Source of the DNA: Verrucomicrobia bacterium ADurb.Bin070
GTDB taxonomy: Bacteria; Verrucomicrobiota; Kiritimatiellia; RFP12; UBA1067
DNA length: 64,000 bases
Assembly: GCA_002071025.1 (NCBI GenBank)
Contig: MWEJ01000001.1
Location: 2,178-66,177, forward strand
Reading direction: 5' to 3'
The translations under genes and the position numbers were made by a program. A model generated the notes under the pieces. That model was not told the origin of the DNA. It did no database searches and saw only the letters and a program-made list of their open reading frames with translations. Positions 28,050-37,831 of the stretch are shown piece after piece. Position 1 is the first letter of the stretch, and each line of letters opens with the position of its first letter.

Positions 28050-28083
28050 CCGATTATCACACTTTCGAAAGTGTGATAATCGG
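28050..28083. repeat. Perfect 34-bp palindrome CCGATTATCACACTTTCG|CGAAAGTGTGATAATCGG in the convergent intergenic region between ribF and rodA
   Basis: Checked base by base: 17-bp arms pair perfectly around a TTCGAA centre. Contains inverted TGTGA/TCACA and GATAAT elements. No flanking T tract. Confidence 0.6.
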
Positions 28084-28109
28084 GTGAACGTAGCGTAGAC
28101 TGCCAATAA

Positions 28110-28200
28110 CTGAAGATATCCTGTTCGGCGTATCGCAACGACGGCGACCTGTCACACCTGAGCAACAACATCGGCTTCCGCCTCGTGAGGCCCCTGCCAT
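28110..28200 (+). pseudogene. C-terminal remnant (~25 codons) of a SUMF1 / formylglycine-generating-enzyme family gene
   Basis: Translation ...CSAYRNDGDLSHLSNNIGFRLVRPLP matches the conserved C-terminal signature of the FGE-sulfatase domain (RSAYR...N.GFR.VR). A stop codon lies immediately upstream and no N-terminal part is present. Confidence 0.45.
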
Positions 28201-28260
28201 GGCCGGGTACGGCTACCCTCACCCCGGCTCTCTCCCAGCGGAAGAGGGAGGGGATGGTAG

Positions 28261-28293
28261 GGCGGTCTCGTCGAGACCGCCGCGAGCGTTTTT
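28261..28293 (+). terminator. Rho-independent-type terminator (GGCGGTCTC-gtc-GAGACCGCC, then a T run) downstream of the ribF operon and the SUMF1 remnant
   Basis: 9-bp perfect GC-rich stem, 3-nt loop, TTTTT 7 nt downstream. Confidence 0.5.
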
Positions 28294-28458
28294 GAAAGCA
28301 ATATGATCGGACGGGTCAGACAAGTAAGACCTATCCGACCGGCCTGACAAAAAAGGGAAAAGCGATGAGCAGAATGACAGTGACAGCGGCTTTCATGGTA
28401 GCGGGCGCGCAGATGACGGGCAAGGCAGGAACGAGTGACCCTGCCGTGGCGACGTTCT

Positions 28459-29739
28459 TCACTTGCGGTCAGACAGGCCGGTGAGCAGTCCGGCGATCAG
28501 CAGAGTGGTGATCAGGCTGCTGCCACCGTGGCTGATCAGCGGCAGCGTGATGCCGGTCATCGGCAGCGCCTTGGTGACGCCCGCCACATTGAGAATCGTC
28601 TGCACGGCCAGCGAGCCGGTCAGCCCCACACACAGCAGCCTCTCGAACGGCGTCTTCGCCGCGCCGGCCGCGCGCAGGCCGCGCGAGAAGAGCGTGGCGT
28701 ACACCAGCAGCAGCAGGGTGCAGCCGACCAGTCCGATCTCCTCGGCCACCGCCGCATAAACGAAATCAGACGTGACGATGGGCACCGACTGCGGCACGCC
28801 CGCGCCGAGGCCGGCCCCCCAGAGCCCGCCGGAGTACATGGCGGCCAGCGCCTGAAGGATCTGCCAGCCCTTTCCGGTCGGGTCGGCGAACGGGTTGAGC
28901 CAGACGTCGAACCGCGTCCGGGCGTTGGCCGAAATGAACTGCACGCCGAAACCGGCCGCCGTGACCGCCGCCACGCCGATCGCCAGATAGCCGGTGCGAC
29001 GCGCAATCGCGAACAGCATCACGATCAGCACGGCGTTGAGCAACATCATGAGCCCCAGATCTTTCAGCGCGATCGTCATCAGCATCGGGATGCCCCACAG
29101 CGCGACGAGCCCCAGCAGGGCGCTCAGCGGCGGAACGGGAATGCCGTTCTGCGTATCTCCGAAGGCCTTCTGGCGCCGGCTCAGGTAGGACGCCAGAAAA
29201 AGCGCCAACAGCGGCTTCACGATCTCCGACGGGTTGAGATTGCCCGCCAGATAGGTGCCGCCTCGGAAACTGCGTCCGAGCAGCAGCATCGCCGCCAGCA
29301 CGCCCAGCGCCGCGAGGTAAGCCAGCCAGCCGGCTCCGGACAGCCAGGCCCCGCGTCCTTTGCCGGTCAGCAGGGTACCGATCATAAACGCTGCCAGTCC
29401 GAGCGGGAAGGGCAGCAGAGCCGCAGGCTTGGCCAACCCTTGCGAGAAGCTGCCCATCCGAAACTGGATGACCAAACCGATGCCGCAGAGCAGGAAGACG
29501 GCGCCGACCAGTCCGGCGTCGCCCTTCCAGCCGGAGAGCTTGAGCCAGAGCAGGGCCAGCGGCACACCGACCGCATACGCGGCCAGCGGGAAGAGCGGCT
29601 CCACCTGCAAAACCGGCGCGTTGGCCAGCTTGACTCCGAGAATCGCCAGGCAGGCACAGGCGATGGCTAACGCCGAAAGCAGAAAAAGTCCCGTAGCGGT
29701 TCCGACCGGCCCCAGCGCCTGTTGTTTCTTTCGGCTCAT
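28459..29739 (-). CDS. rodA: SEDS-family peptidoglycan glycosyltransferase RodA/FtsW; paired with PBP2, hence rodA
   Basis: About 10 TM helices with FtsW/RodA/SpoVE signature blocks. ATGA overlap with the upstream mrdA stop. Start refined to the ATG at 29739. Confidence 0.8.
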   Translation of the reverse strand: MSRKKQQALGPVGTATGLFLLSALAIACACLAILGVKLANAPVLQVEPLFPLAAYAVGVPLALLWLKLSGWKGDAGLVGAVFLLCGIGLVIQFRMGSFSQGLAKPAALLPFPLGLAAFMIGTLLTGKGRGAWLSGAGWLAYLAALGVLAAMLLLGRSFRGGTYLAGNLNPSEIVKPLLALFLASYLSRRQKAFGDTQNGIPVPPLSALLGLVALWGIPMLMTIALKDLGLMMLLNAVLIVMLFAIARRTGYLAIGVAAVTAAGFGVQFISANARTRFDVWLNPFADPTGKGWQILQALAAMYSGGLWGAGLGAGVPQSVPIVTSDFVYAAVAEEIGLVGCTLLLLVYATLFSRGLRAAGAAKTPFERLLCVGLTGSLAVQTILNVAGVTKALPMTGITLPLISHGGSSLITTLLIAGLLTGLSDRK

Positions 29740-31310
29740 GGCGCGGCCTCCTCGGCGACGCGCACATATCCGAGGCTGTCGGCCTCTTGGAGCAGGGCAC
29801 GTGCCACGGGCAGCGCCGCTTTGGCGCCGAAGCCGCCGCGCTCGATCAGAACCGTGATCACGATGTTCGGTGCGCGTTGCGGTGCAAAGCAGGTGAACCA
29901 GGCATGATCCTCCCCGCCCGGCGCCTGCGCGGTGCCGGTCTTGCCGCAGACGTTGAGGCCTGCGAGGTCCACGCCTTTGCCGGTACCACGGCTGACCGCT
30001 TCTCGCAAGATCGCGCGGAGCTGGCCCGCCGTCCGGGCGCTGAAGAGCCGGGAAAGCTCTTCGATCGAATCGGCTTTGCTGAGGCGCGGGCACATCATCC
30101 GCCCGTCGGCGGCGACGGCCGCCGTGAAACAGGCCACGTGCAGCGGGGTGGTCAGAACCTCGCCCTGTCCGATCGCCAGCAGGGCGATCGCGCGTTTCTT
30201 GGTGACCTCTGGCACATGGCCGCGCGCGCTTTGAAGATTGCCGCCGCTGGCATGCAGATAGGTGAGTGGCTCGCGGATGCGCGCCTTGACCATCATGTCG
30301 TTAAAAGCCTCGGGCCGCGACTCGACCCCGAGCTGGGCGAAGTAGACGTTGGAGGAGTGCACGGTGGCCTCCTTTAGTCCGATGCTGCCCCAGCCCGGCC
30401 AGACCGCCCCTTTGCGCTGATAGGCGTAGTATTCGCTGTCGCGGATCGGCGGCGTACTCGGCCCGGCGATGTAGCCCTGACCGGGACAGGCGTAGACCTG
30501 AGGCAAGCCCTTCTCGAGTGCCAGTCCGGCCAGCAGGATTTTAAAGGTGGAGCCGGGGGGATAGCGTCCCTGCACCGCGCGGTTGAAGGCCGGGGCGTTC
30601 TGCTCATCCGCGATGGCCTCGGCCGGATTCAGCGGATCGAAACCCGGCGAGCTGACCAGCGCGAGCAGAGCCCCGCTGCGCGGCCGCATGATCACCACCG
30701 CGCCTTTGCGTCCGGCGAGCAGCTCGTAGGCCTTCTGCTGCAGGCGCTGGTCAAGGGTTAAGATCACGGCTTCCCCTTCGGCGGCGCGCTGCGCGAACAA
30801 CGCCTTGCCCAACGCTTCGTCGCGCTTGTCGAGCGCATATCCGCTCAGGGTCGGATCGCATACACGCTCCACTGCGGTGATGCCGTAGGTGGAGTGGTAG
30901 TAACCCAGAGGATGAGCCGCCGCCTCGCCCAGCGGATAACGCCGTCCCCAAACGTCGCCAGATACCGGCGCGGCCAGCACCCGCCCGCGCCGGTCCAACA
31001 GCGGCCCTCGCATCACCTGCTTTTCAGCGGCGTTCGGCCGCCGGTTGTAACGGCGCATGAACTTGACGAAAGCAGGGTTGGTATATCCCAGCATCTGCCA
31101 AGTAGCCTGATAGCCCAACACGGCAAACAGTGCGCCGGCAAACAGGATACGAAGCAGCCCATAACTGGTTACCTTGCCGGGCTTCACCGTCGGGGCGCAG
31201 AGGATACCGAGCGCGGCGACCGCCAGAACCGCCAGAAAAACGATCTTCAGAGCCCGGAGCAGATCCGGCCCCACATCGCTGTTCAGCAGGTCCATCAGGC
31301 GTTCAAGCAT
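29736..31310 (-). CDS. mrdA: Penicillin-binding protein 2 (class B transpeptidase)
   Basis: N-terminal TM anchor; active-site motifs STFK (GSTFKIL), SSN and KTGT (GKTGTAQ). Confidence 0.8.
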   Translation of the reverse strand: MLERLMDLLNSDVGPDLLRALKIVFLAVLAVAALGILCAPTVKPGKVTSYGLLRILFAGALFAVLGYQATWQMLGYTNPAFVKFMRRYNRRPNAAEKQVMRGPLLDRRGRVLAAPVSGDVWGRRYPLGEAAAHPLGYYHSTYGITAVERVCDPTLSGYALDKRDEALGKALFAQRAAEGEAVILTLDQRLQQKAYELLAGRKGAVVIMRPRSGALLALVSSPGFDPLNPAEAIADEQNAPAFNRAVQGRYPPGSTFKILLAGLALEKGLPQVYACPGQGYIAGPSTPPIRDSEYYAYQRKGAVWPGWGSIGLKEATVHSSNVYFAQLGVESRPEAFNDMMVKARIREPLTYLHASGGNLQSARGHVPEVTKKRAIALLAIGQGEVLTTPLHVACFTAAVAADGRMMCPRLSKADSIEELSRLFSARTAGQLRAILREAVSRGTGKGVDLAGLNVCGKTGTAQAPGGEDHAWFTCFAPQRAPNIVITVLIERGGFGAKAALPVARALLQEADSLGYVRVAEEAAP

Positions 31311-31315
31311 GGCGC

Positions 31316-33196
31316 TTAAACCTGTGCCATCAACTCGGCCACCAACTGGGTGAAGCGCTGCGGGTTCTTCGGCGACGCGCCCTCTGCCAGCAAGGCTTGC
31401 CCAAACAGCAAGTCGGCATAGTCGGCCAACCGGGTGTCGTTTTTATCGGTTTCCAGCATGCTCTTCATGCGCGCGATCACGGCATGGTCAGGATTCAACT
31501 CCAGCGTACGGAGCTGCTTCGGCACCTCTTGGTTCATGGCGCGCATCAACCGCTCCATGCTCGGGTTCAACGCATGCTCGTCAGCGACCAGACAACAGGC
31601 GGAGCCGGTGAGGCGCGGCGAGAAACGGACTTCTTTGACGTCGTCTTTCAGATGCTCCTGAATCAACGCCGTCAATTCTTTGAAGTCGCCGGCCGCCGCC
31701 TCGATCTTCTTTTTCGCGGCGGCTTTCTCTTCGTCGGTGCCGACTTCCAGCGCCCCCTTGTCAACGGCGACCAGTTTCTTGCCGTCGAATTCGCGCAGCG
31801 TGTCGACCACCCATTGGTCGATCGGGTCGGTGAAAAGCAGCACGTCGTAGCCGCGCTGGGTCAGCGCCTCGATGTGCGGCGCGTGGCGGGCGGTCTCCAG
31901 ATCTTCGGCGATCAGATAATAGATATCCTGCTGCGTCTCGGGCATCGCCTTGACATAGTCCGCTAAGGAGATCAATGCGTTGCCGTCGCGCGTGGCCGAG
32001 CGGAACATCATCAGCGCCTTGAGTTTGTCGCCGTTTTCGTAATCGTTGTGCAGACCCTCTTTGAGCACGCGGCCGAATGCGGTGAAAAAGGCGGTGTAGG
32101 TCTCGGGCGCGTCAGCCATCATCTCGGCCAGCGTACCCAAAATTTTTCCGGTGATGTTACTCTTGATCTTGCGGATGACGGCGTCATCCTGCAGCATCTC
32201 GCGCGACACGTTGAGCGGCAGGTCGCTGGAGTCGACGACGCCCTTCACAAAGCGCAGGTACTCCGGCAGCAGCAGATCGAAGTCGGCGCCGATGAAGACG
32301 TTGCGCACGTAGAGATGAAGCCCGTGTTTCTTGTTGGGCATCATCAGGTCGAAGCCAGCCTGTTTCGGCAGGAAAAGCAGCGCCTTGAACTCGACCGCGC
32401 CTTCGACCGACATCGGAATGGTCTTGAGCGGCGGATTGTAATCGTGGGTGAGGTGGGTGTAAAACTTGTTGGTCTCTTCCTCAGCCAGCTCGCTCTTGGG
32501 ACGTTTCCAGAGCGCCTTCATGGTGTTGAGCGGCTGCGCATCCTCTTTGGGAGCCTCGCCAGTATCACTGAAGCGGATCGGATAAGCGATAAAGTCGGAA
32601 TATTTTTTGACCAGCTCGTGCAGGCGCCACTCGTTCAAAAAGTCATCCATGCCCTCGCGCAGCTTGAGCACGATGGTCGTGCCTGGCTTGTCGCGCGCGG
32701 CCTCTTCCAGCGAGTAGCTGCCGTCGCCCGCCGAACTCCATTTGACCGCCTTCTGTCCCTCGCCGCGCTTGAGCGTGATCACGGTGACCGTTTCAGCAAC
32801 CATGAATGCGGCGTAAAAGCCCACGCCGAACTGCCCGATCAGTTCCGGGATATTGGTCTGCTGCTTCTCCTTGAGCGCCTGCGCGAAGGCTTTCGTGCCG
32901 GAGTTCGCGATGACGCCGAGATTCTTGTCGAGTTCCTCCTCGCTCATACCGATGCCGTTGTCAGCGATCGCCAGTGTCTTGTCCTCCTTGTCCACGATCA
33001 GGTCGATCTTCCACACCGGCGCGTCGGCGACCACCGACTTGTCGGTCAGCCCCAGATACTGGGCGCGGTCGATCGCGTCCGACGCATTGGAGATCAATTC
33101 GCGAAGGAAGATCTCTTTCTTCGAGTAGAGAGAGTGGATGACCAGATCCAGCACCTGCTGGATCTCCGCTTTGAAGATATGGGTTTTCTTGCTCAT
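31316..33196 (-). CDS. htpG: Molecular chaperone HtpG (Hsp90)
   Basis: Bergerat ATPase N-terminus IHSLYSKKEIFLRELISNASDAIDR; ~626 aa. Confidence 0.9.
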   Translation of the reverse strand: MSKKTHIFKAEIQQVLDLVIHSLYSKKEIFLRELISNASDAIDRAQYLGLTDKSVVADAPVWKIDLIVDKEDKTLAIADNGIGMSEEELDKNLGVIANSGTKAFAQALKEKQQTNIPELIGQFGVGFYAAFMVAETVTVITLKRGEGQKAVKWSSAGDGSYSLEEAARDKPGTTIVLKLREGMDDFLNEWRLHELVKKYSDFIAYPIRFSDTGEAPKEDAQPLNTMKALWKRPKSELAEEETNKFYTHLTHDYNPPLKTIPMSVEGAVEFKALLFLPKQAGFDLMMPNKKHGLHLYVRNVFIGADFDLLLPEYLRFVKGVVDSSDLPLNVSREMLQDDAVIRKIKSNITGKILGTLAEMMADAPETYTAFFTAFGRVLKEGLHNDYENGDKLKALMMFRSATRDGNALISLADYVKAMPETQQDIYYLIAEDLETARHAPHIEALTQRGYDVLLFTDPIDQWVVDTLREFDGKKLVAVDKGALEVGTDEEKAAAKKKIEAAAGDFKELTALIQEHLKDDVKEVRFSPRLTGSACCLVADEHALNPSMERLMRAMNQEVPKQLRTLELNPDHAVIARMKSMLETDKNDTRLADYADLLFGQALLAEGASPKNPQRFTQLVAELMAQV

Positions 33197-33215
33197 ACGT
33201 GTGTGTGTTCTCCGG

Positions 33216-33914
33216 TTAATCTCTGCTGCGCCCGCCGCCGATCAATCCGGCACGAAACAGGAAGTACAGCAGGGTTAAAAGCGAACTGACCGCGCCGGCC
33301 AGATAAGTCAGGAAGGCCGCGTTCAGTACGCGTCCGGCCTGCGGCTCCTGGTCGGGCGAGACGATGCCGGCCATGACCAGATGCTGCTTGGCGCGCGCGC
33401 TGGCATCCCACTCGACCGGCAGGGTGATCACGGCAAACAAAAAGGCGACCGCAAACAGCGCGCAGCCGACGTAGATCAGCGGCTGCATGCGGAACAACAG
33501 GCCCGCACCGAAGACATAGAAGGCGAACATGCTGCTGAAGTTGGTGACCGGCACCAAGGCGGTGCGCACCTTCAGCGGCGCGTACTCGGCGGCATGCTGC
33601 AACGCGTGCCCGGCCTCGTGACAGGCCACGCCCACGGCAGACAGCGAGTTGGAGCCATACACGCCCGGCGAGAGCCGCAACGCCTTCTGGGTGGGATCGT
33701 AGTGATCAGACAGAAAGCCCTGCGTCTGCTCGACACGCACATCGAACACGCCGTTGGCGCGCAGCATGCGCTCGGCAGCCTGCGCGCCGGTCATGCCCGA
33801 ATACGAGCGCACCTTCGCATAACGGCTGAAGGTGGTTTTGACCAACAGGGACGCGATACCTGCCAGGATCAGTCCTGGGATGAGAAACATGAAATAAACA
33901 GGGTCGTAAAACAT
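33216..33914 (-). CDS. Membrane-anchored neutral zinc metallopeptidase (HEXXH; Zn_peptidase_2-like)
   Basis: HEAGHALQH zinc-binding motif; N-terminal and C-terminal TM helices. Confidence 0.6.
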   Translation of the reverse strand: MFYDPVYFMFLIPGLILAGIASLLVKTTFSRYAKVRSYSGMTGAQAAERMLRANGVFDVRVEQTQGFLSDHYDPTQKALRLSPGVYGSNSLSAVGVACHEAGHALQHAAEYAPLKVRTALVPVTNFSSMFAFYVFGAGLLFRMQPLIYVGCALFAVAFLFAVITLPVEWDASARAKQHLVMAGIVSPDQEPQAGRVLNAAFLTYLAGAVSSLLTLLYFLFRAGLIGGGRSRD

Positions 33915-34061
33915 AGTGGTGATCCTCCTTTTCCCGCAGGACCGCCGGGCTGAAAACAGATTTCCAACACCCTCATCTGTGATGCGAAAACGACTCAGCA
34001 GCCCGCAGGAAAAAAATGCCCAAATATGATACTATAGCACCGGCACACGGACAAGCGGCAA

Positions 34062-37000
34062 TCAGGAGCCGAACGCGCGTTCGCGCGACCAGGCGCGCGC
34101 CGGCCGCGGCTCTTTGTAAACCTCGCGCTTCGCGATGAAGCGCATGCTCTTACGGCCGAGCAATTTTTCGGCTTCGCTAACGAAGTCCGCCGACGGATCA
34201 ACCAAAAACGTCCGGTCGGGCTGGATCAGGACGCGCCGCTTATCCGGGTAGACCAGGCAGACCAGCAGGGGGGTTGTGCCGGGATTCGACGCGACCAAGC
34301 TGCGCAACGCCGCGATGCGTTTGAGTGTGTTGGTATCGACGCCCACGCCCGCGATGATCTTGGCGCAAAAATGGCGGGGGGCATCGAGCAGCGGATACAC
34401 CTCGCGCGCGATGATCTTGGCGGGTTCGTCGCGTTTTGACAGTGTGCCGCACACCAGCACGGGCTGGTCCGGCACGCAGGCACCCTCGTACTTTTTGAAC
34501 GCTTCAGAGAAGACCAGCACTTCCATACTGGTCTCGCCGTCGTCGAGCACCAACACCGCCCACGCCTCTTTGGATTGTTTGCTGATGCGGCGCGTGACCG
34601 AGGCTGCCATGCCGGCCACGCGTATGTCATGATCATTCTTGGCGGCGGCAGCTTTGGCGAGGGTGGACGTCTGAATGTCCTTGATGATGCGGCGGAAGCG
34701 GGTCAACGGGTGGCCGGTCATATAGATGCCAAGCAACTCGCGTTCATAGGTCAGGTTCTCTTTTTCGCTCCACGGCTCGCTCTCGGGCAGATGGTTGGGG
34801 GCGGCGGAGCCGGCGTCACGCGCATCAAGCATCTCGAAAAGATTACTCTGGCCGCTCGCTTTTTCCCGCAGTTTTTCCGCTGCGTTCGCGAACGCGAAAT
34901 TGATGGCATTGAAGAGCCGGGCGCGGTGCATGCCGAATCCGTCCATCGCGCCGCACTTGATCAATGCTTCCAAGACGCGCTTGTTCACGATGCCGGGGTC
35001 GAGCCGCTGGCAGAAGTCGATCAGCCCCGTAAAAGGACCGTTGGCCGTGCGCTCCGCCACGATGGCTTGTGCGGCCCCTTCGCCGACACTCTTGATGCCC
35101 GCCAAACCGAAGCGGATATTGCCGTCTTCCGGGATAAAGCGGTCGAGGCTGTGATTCACATCTGGTGGCAAAACGGTGAGCCCCATGTCGCCAGCCTCGG
35201 CCACAAAGCCAGGGAGCTTGTCAAAGTTGCCGATTTCCGACGAGATCTGCGCACACATGAACTCGGCGGGATAGTGGGCTTTCAGGTAGGCGGTCTGGTA
35301 GGAGACCACCCCGTATGCGGCGGCATGCGATTTGTTGAACCCGTAATTGGCGAACTCGGTCATCGTGTCAAAGATCTTGTTGGCCAGTTCGGTCGACATG
35401 CCGCTGGTTTTCGTGCAGCCCTCAACAAAAGCCGGACGTTCCTTGGCCATGACCTCGGGTTTCTTCTTGCCCATGGCGCGGCGCAGCAGATCGGCGCGCC
35501 CCAGCGAATAACCGGCCAGCGACTGTGAGGCGCGCTGGACCTGTTCTTGATAGACAAAAATACCGTAGGTTTCCTTTAAAGAGGCCTCCAGTTTCGGGTG
35601 GTCGTAGACCACCGGCTCCTTGCCCTCTTTGCGCGCGATGTAGCTGGGGATGTTCGCCATCGGACCGGGGCGGTAGAGTGCGGTCACCGCGATGATATCT
35701 TCAATCCGGTTGGGCTTCAGGTCCGTCAAGACGCGCCGCATGCCGCCGGATTCGAACTGGAATACGCCGACAGTATCGCCGCGCTGAAAGAGCTTGAAGG
35801 TTTCTTCGTCATCGAAACGGTTGAATTCGGGCGAATTGAGGTCGAGTTCAACGCCGTGCACCAGTCTGACCAGGTCAACGGCCTCTTGAATGACGGTCAG
35901 CGTCTTGAGCCCCAGAAAATCCATCTTGAGCAGGCCGACATCCTCGATCGGTTCCTTGGCGTACTGCGTGACGGGGTTGCCGTCCTTGTCGCGTGCAAGC
36001 GGAACGAGGTCGATCAGCGGCTTGTCGCCGATCACGACGCCGGCGGCATGCACACCGGTATTGCGGTAGAAGCCTTCGAGCAGTTCGGCGTGCTGCATGA
36101 TGCGCCGCAGGTCGGGGTCCACCGCACACAAGGCGCCGAATTCGGGATTCTCGGTCTTGGCTTTTGCCAGGGTGATTTTCGGGTCGTCAGGGATCAGCTT
36201 GCAGAAGATGTTGGATTTGCTCAGCGGTATTTCCAACACGCGGGCGATGTCGCGGATCACCGTTTTCGCGCCGAGTTGGCCGTAAGTCACGATCTGCGCG
36301 ACACGGTCCTTTCCGTATTTTTGAGTGACGTATTCGATCGTCTTGCCGCGGTTGGTCTGACAGAAATCGATATCGAAGTCCGGAGGCGAGATGCGTTCCG
36401 GATTCAAGAAGCGCTCGAAGATCAGGTCGAAGCGGATCGGATCGAGCTGGGTGATATCCAGCGAGTAGGCCAGTAGCGAACCGGCGCCCGAACCGCGGCC
36501 GGGGCCGACCGGAACGCCGTGGCTGCGCGACCATTTGACGAAGTCGGAGACCACCAGAAAATAGTTGATAAACCCTGTTTTCTTGATCACGCCGACCTCG
36601 TAATCAAACCGTTCGACCAGCAGCTTCTCCGTATCGTTTGTCGGTCGGTCGTAATCCAGTCCGTAGTGGCGGCGGAGACCCTCTTTGCCGAGATGGATCA
36701 GATAATCGAAACCCGACCCCTGCCACCCGTCAGGCAACGGGAATTCGGGGAAGTGGAGGCTTTCGGCACGCCCGTCGGAAAAGGTCAGCTCCACATTGCA
36801 GCGGTCGGCGATCTCTTGGGTGAGGTCAAAGGCCTCGGTCTCGCCAGGGAAACGCTTTTCAAGCTCTTCGCGCGATTTGAAGTAAAACTCGTTGGAGCCG
36901 TAGCGCATGCGCTTGGGATCACTCATCGTGGTGTTGGTCTGGATGCACAGCATCACTTCGTGCGCTTCGGCATGGCTCTGATGCAGATAGTGCACGTCAT

Positions 37001-37613
37001 TTGTGACCACCGCCTTCAGGCCGGTGCGTTTGCGCAGTTCGCGCACGCCCTCGTTGATCGTGCGCTGCTCTGGCATTCCATGGTCTTGCATTTCAAGGTA
37101 AAAATGGTCAGGGCCGAAAATCTCCATATACTCCCGGGCCACGCGCTCGGCTTCATCGAGATTGTTGTCCAGCAGATGCATGTTGACCTCGCCCTTGACA
37201 CAGGCTGCCAGGCCGATCAACCCCTTGGAATAGGCTCGCAGCACTTCTTTGTCAATGCGGGGCTTGTAATAAAAGCCCTCCATGTGCGCGATCGTGTTGA
37301 GTCGGGCGAGGTTGTGGTAGCCTTCGTTGTCTTTGGCAAGCAACACAAGGTGGTGGTAGGGTAAAGAATGATCACGCGTCGAGCGCGGGGCGTTCGCCAG
37401 GATATACATCTCGCAGCCGATCACCGGCTTGATCCCCAAGTCGCGACAGGTCCTATAAAACTCGATTGTCCCGTACATGACACCGTGGTCGGTCATCGCC
37501 AAGGCAGTCATGCCTAATTCTTTGGCGCGCAGGACTAAAGGCTTGATATGGCAGGCACCGTCCAGCAGGCTGTATTTCGTATGCAGATGAAGATGGGCAA
37601 ACGGCTTCGGCAT
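34062..37613 (-). CDS. dnaE: DNA polymerase III alpha subunit
   Basis: PHP domain (HLHLHTKYSLLDG), polymerase core and OB fold; ~1183 aa. Start refined to MPKPFAHLHLHT at 37613. Confidence 0.9.
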   Translation of the reverse strand: MPKPFAHLHLHTKYSLLDGACHIKPLVLRAKELGMTALAMTDHGVMYGTIEFYRTCRDLGIKPVIGCEMYILANAPRSTRDHSLPYHHLVLLAKDNEGYHNLARLNTIAHMEGFYYKPRIDKEVLRAYSKGLIGLAACVKGEVNMHLLDNNLDEAERVAREYMEIFGPDHFYLEMQDHGMPEQRTINEGVRELRKRTGLKAVVTNDVHYLHQSHAEAHEVMLCIQTNTTMSDPKRMRYGSNEFYFKSREELEKRFPGETEAFDLTQEIADRCNVELTFSDGRAESLHFPEFPLPDGWQGSGFDYLIHLGKEGLRRHYGLDYDRPTNDTEKLLVERFDYEVGVIKKTGFINYFLVVSDFVKWSRSHGVPVGPGRGSGAGSLLAYSLDITQLDPIRFDLIFERFLNPERISPPDFDIDFCQTNRGKTIEYVTQKYGKDRVAQIVTYGQLGAKTVIRDIARVLEIPLSKSNIFCKLIPDDPKITLAKAKTENPEFGALCAVDPDLRRIMQHAELLEGFYRNTGVHAAGVVIGDKPLIDLVPLARDKDGNPVTQYAKEPIEDVGLLKMDFLGLKTLTVIQEAVDLVRLVHGVELDLNSPEFNRFDDEETFKLFQRGDTVGVFQFESGGMRRVLTDLKPNRIEDIIAVTALYRPGPMANIPSYIARKEGKEPVVYDHPKLEASLKETYGIFVYQEQVQRASQSLAGYSLGRADLLRRAMGKKKPEVMAKERPAFVEGCTKTSGMSTELANKIFDTMTEFANYGFNKSHAAAYGVVSYQTAYLKAHYPAEFMCAQISSEIGNFDKLPGFVAEAGDMGLTVLPPDVNHSLDRFIPEDGNIRFGLAGIKSVGEGAAQAIVAERTANGPFTGLIDFCQRLDPGIVNKRVLEALIKCGAMDGFGMHRARLFNAINFAFANAAEKLREKASGQSNLFEMLDARDAGSAAPNHLPESEPWSEKENLTYERELLGIYMTGHPLTRFRRIIKDIQTSTLAKAAAAKNDHDIRVAGMAASVTRRISKQSKEAWAVLVLDDGETSMEVLVFSEAFKKYEGACVPDQPVLVCGTLSKRDEPAKIIAREVYPLLDAPRHFCAKIIAGVGVDTNTLKRIAALRSLVASNPGTTPLLVCLVYPDKRRVLIQPDRTFLVDPSADFVSEAEKLLGRKSMRFIAKREVYKEPRPARAWSRERAFGS

Positions 37614-37831
37614 GTCTTCCGACCGGGCGCGCAGGGTGATACGGAAAGGGGCAGCGGCACGCCCTGGACACCCCCCCTCATAAACCGTCGCCATCTTAGC
37701 AGACCGCCGGTTTGGGCGAAAGCCGCAATTCGGCCGTCATCCCACGCAGGCCGCTGTTTTCGCTTGCCCGTCGCGTTGTGCCATGTCACACTCAATCAGT
37801 CAAACGGGACGATATCTAAAGGAGAGCGTGT

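Noticed and set aside
28367-28486. 40-codon ORF (MSRMTVTAAFMVAGAQMTGKAGTSDPAVATFFTCGQTGR) overlapping the rodA 3' end
   Set aside because: No ribosome-binding site, overlaps the end of a confident gene, below any reasonable size or support threshold.
34070-34083. 14-bp perfect palindrome CGAACGCGCGTTCG
   Set aside because: Lies inside the dnaE C-terminal codons (...ERAFGS*). Short GC-rich palindromes are expected by chance in 65% GC coding DNA.
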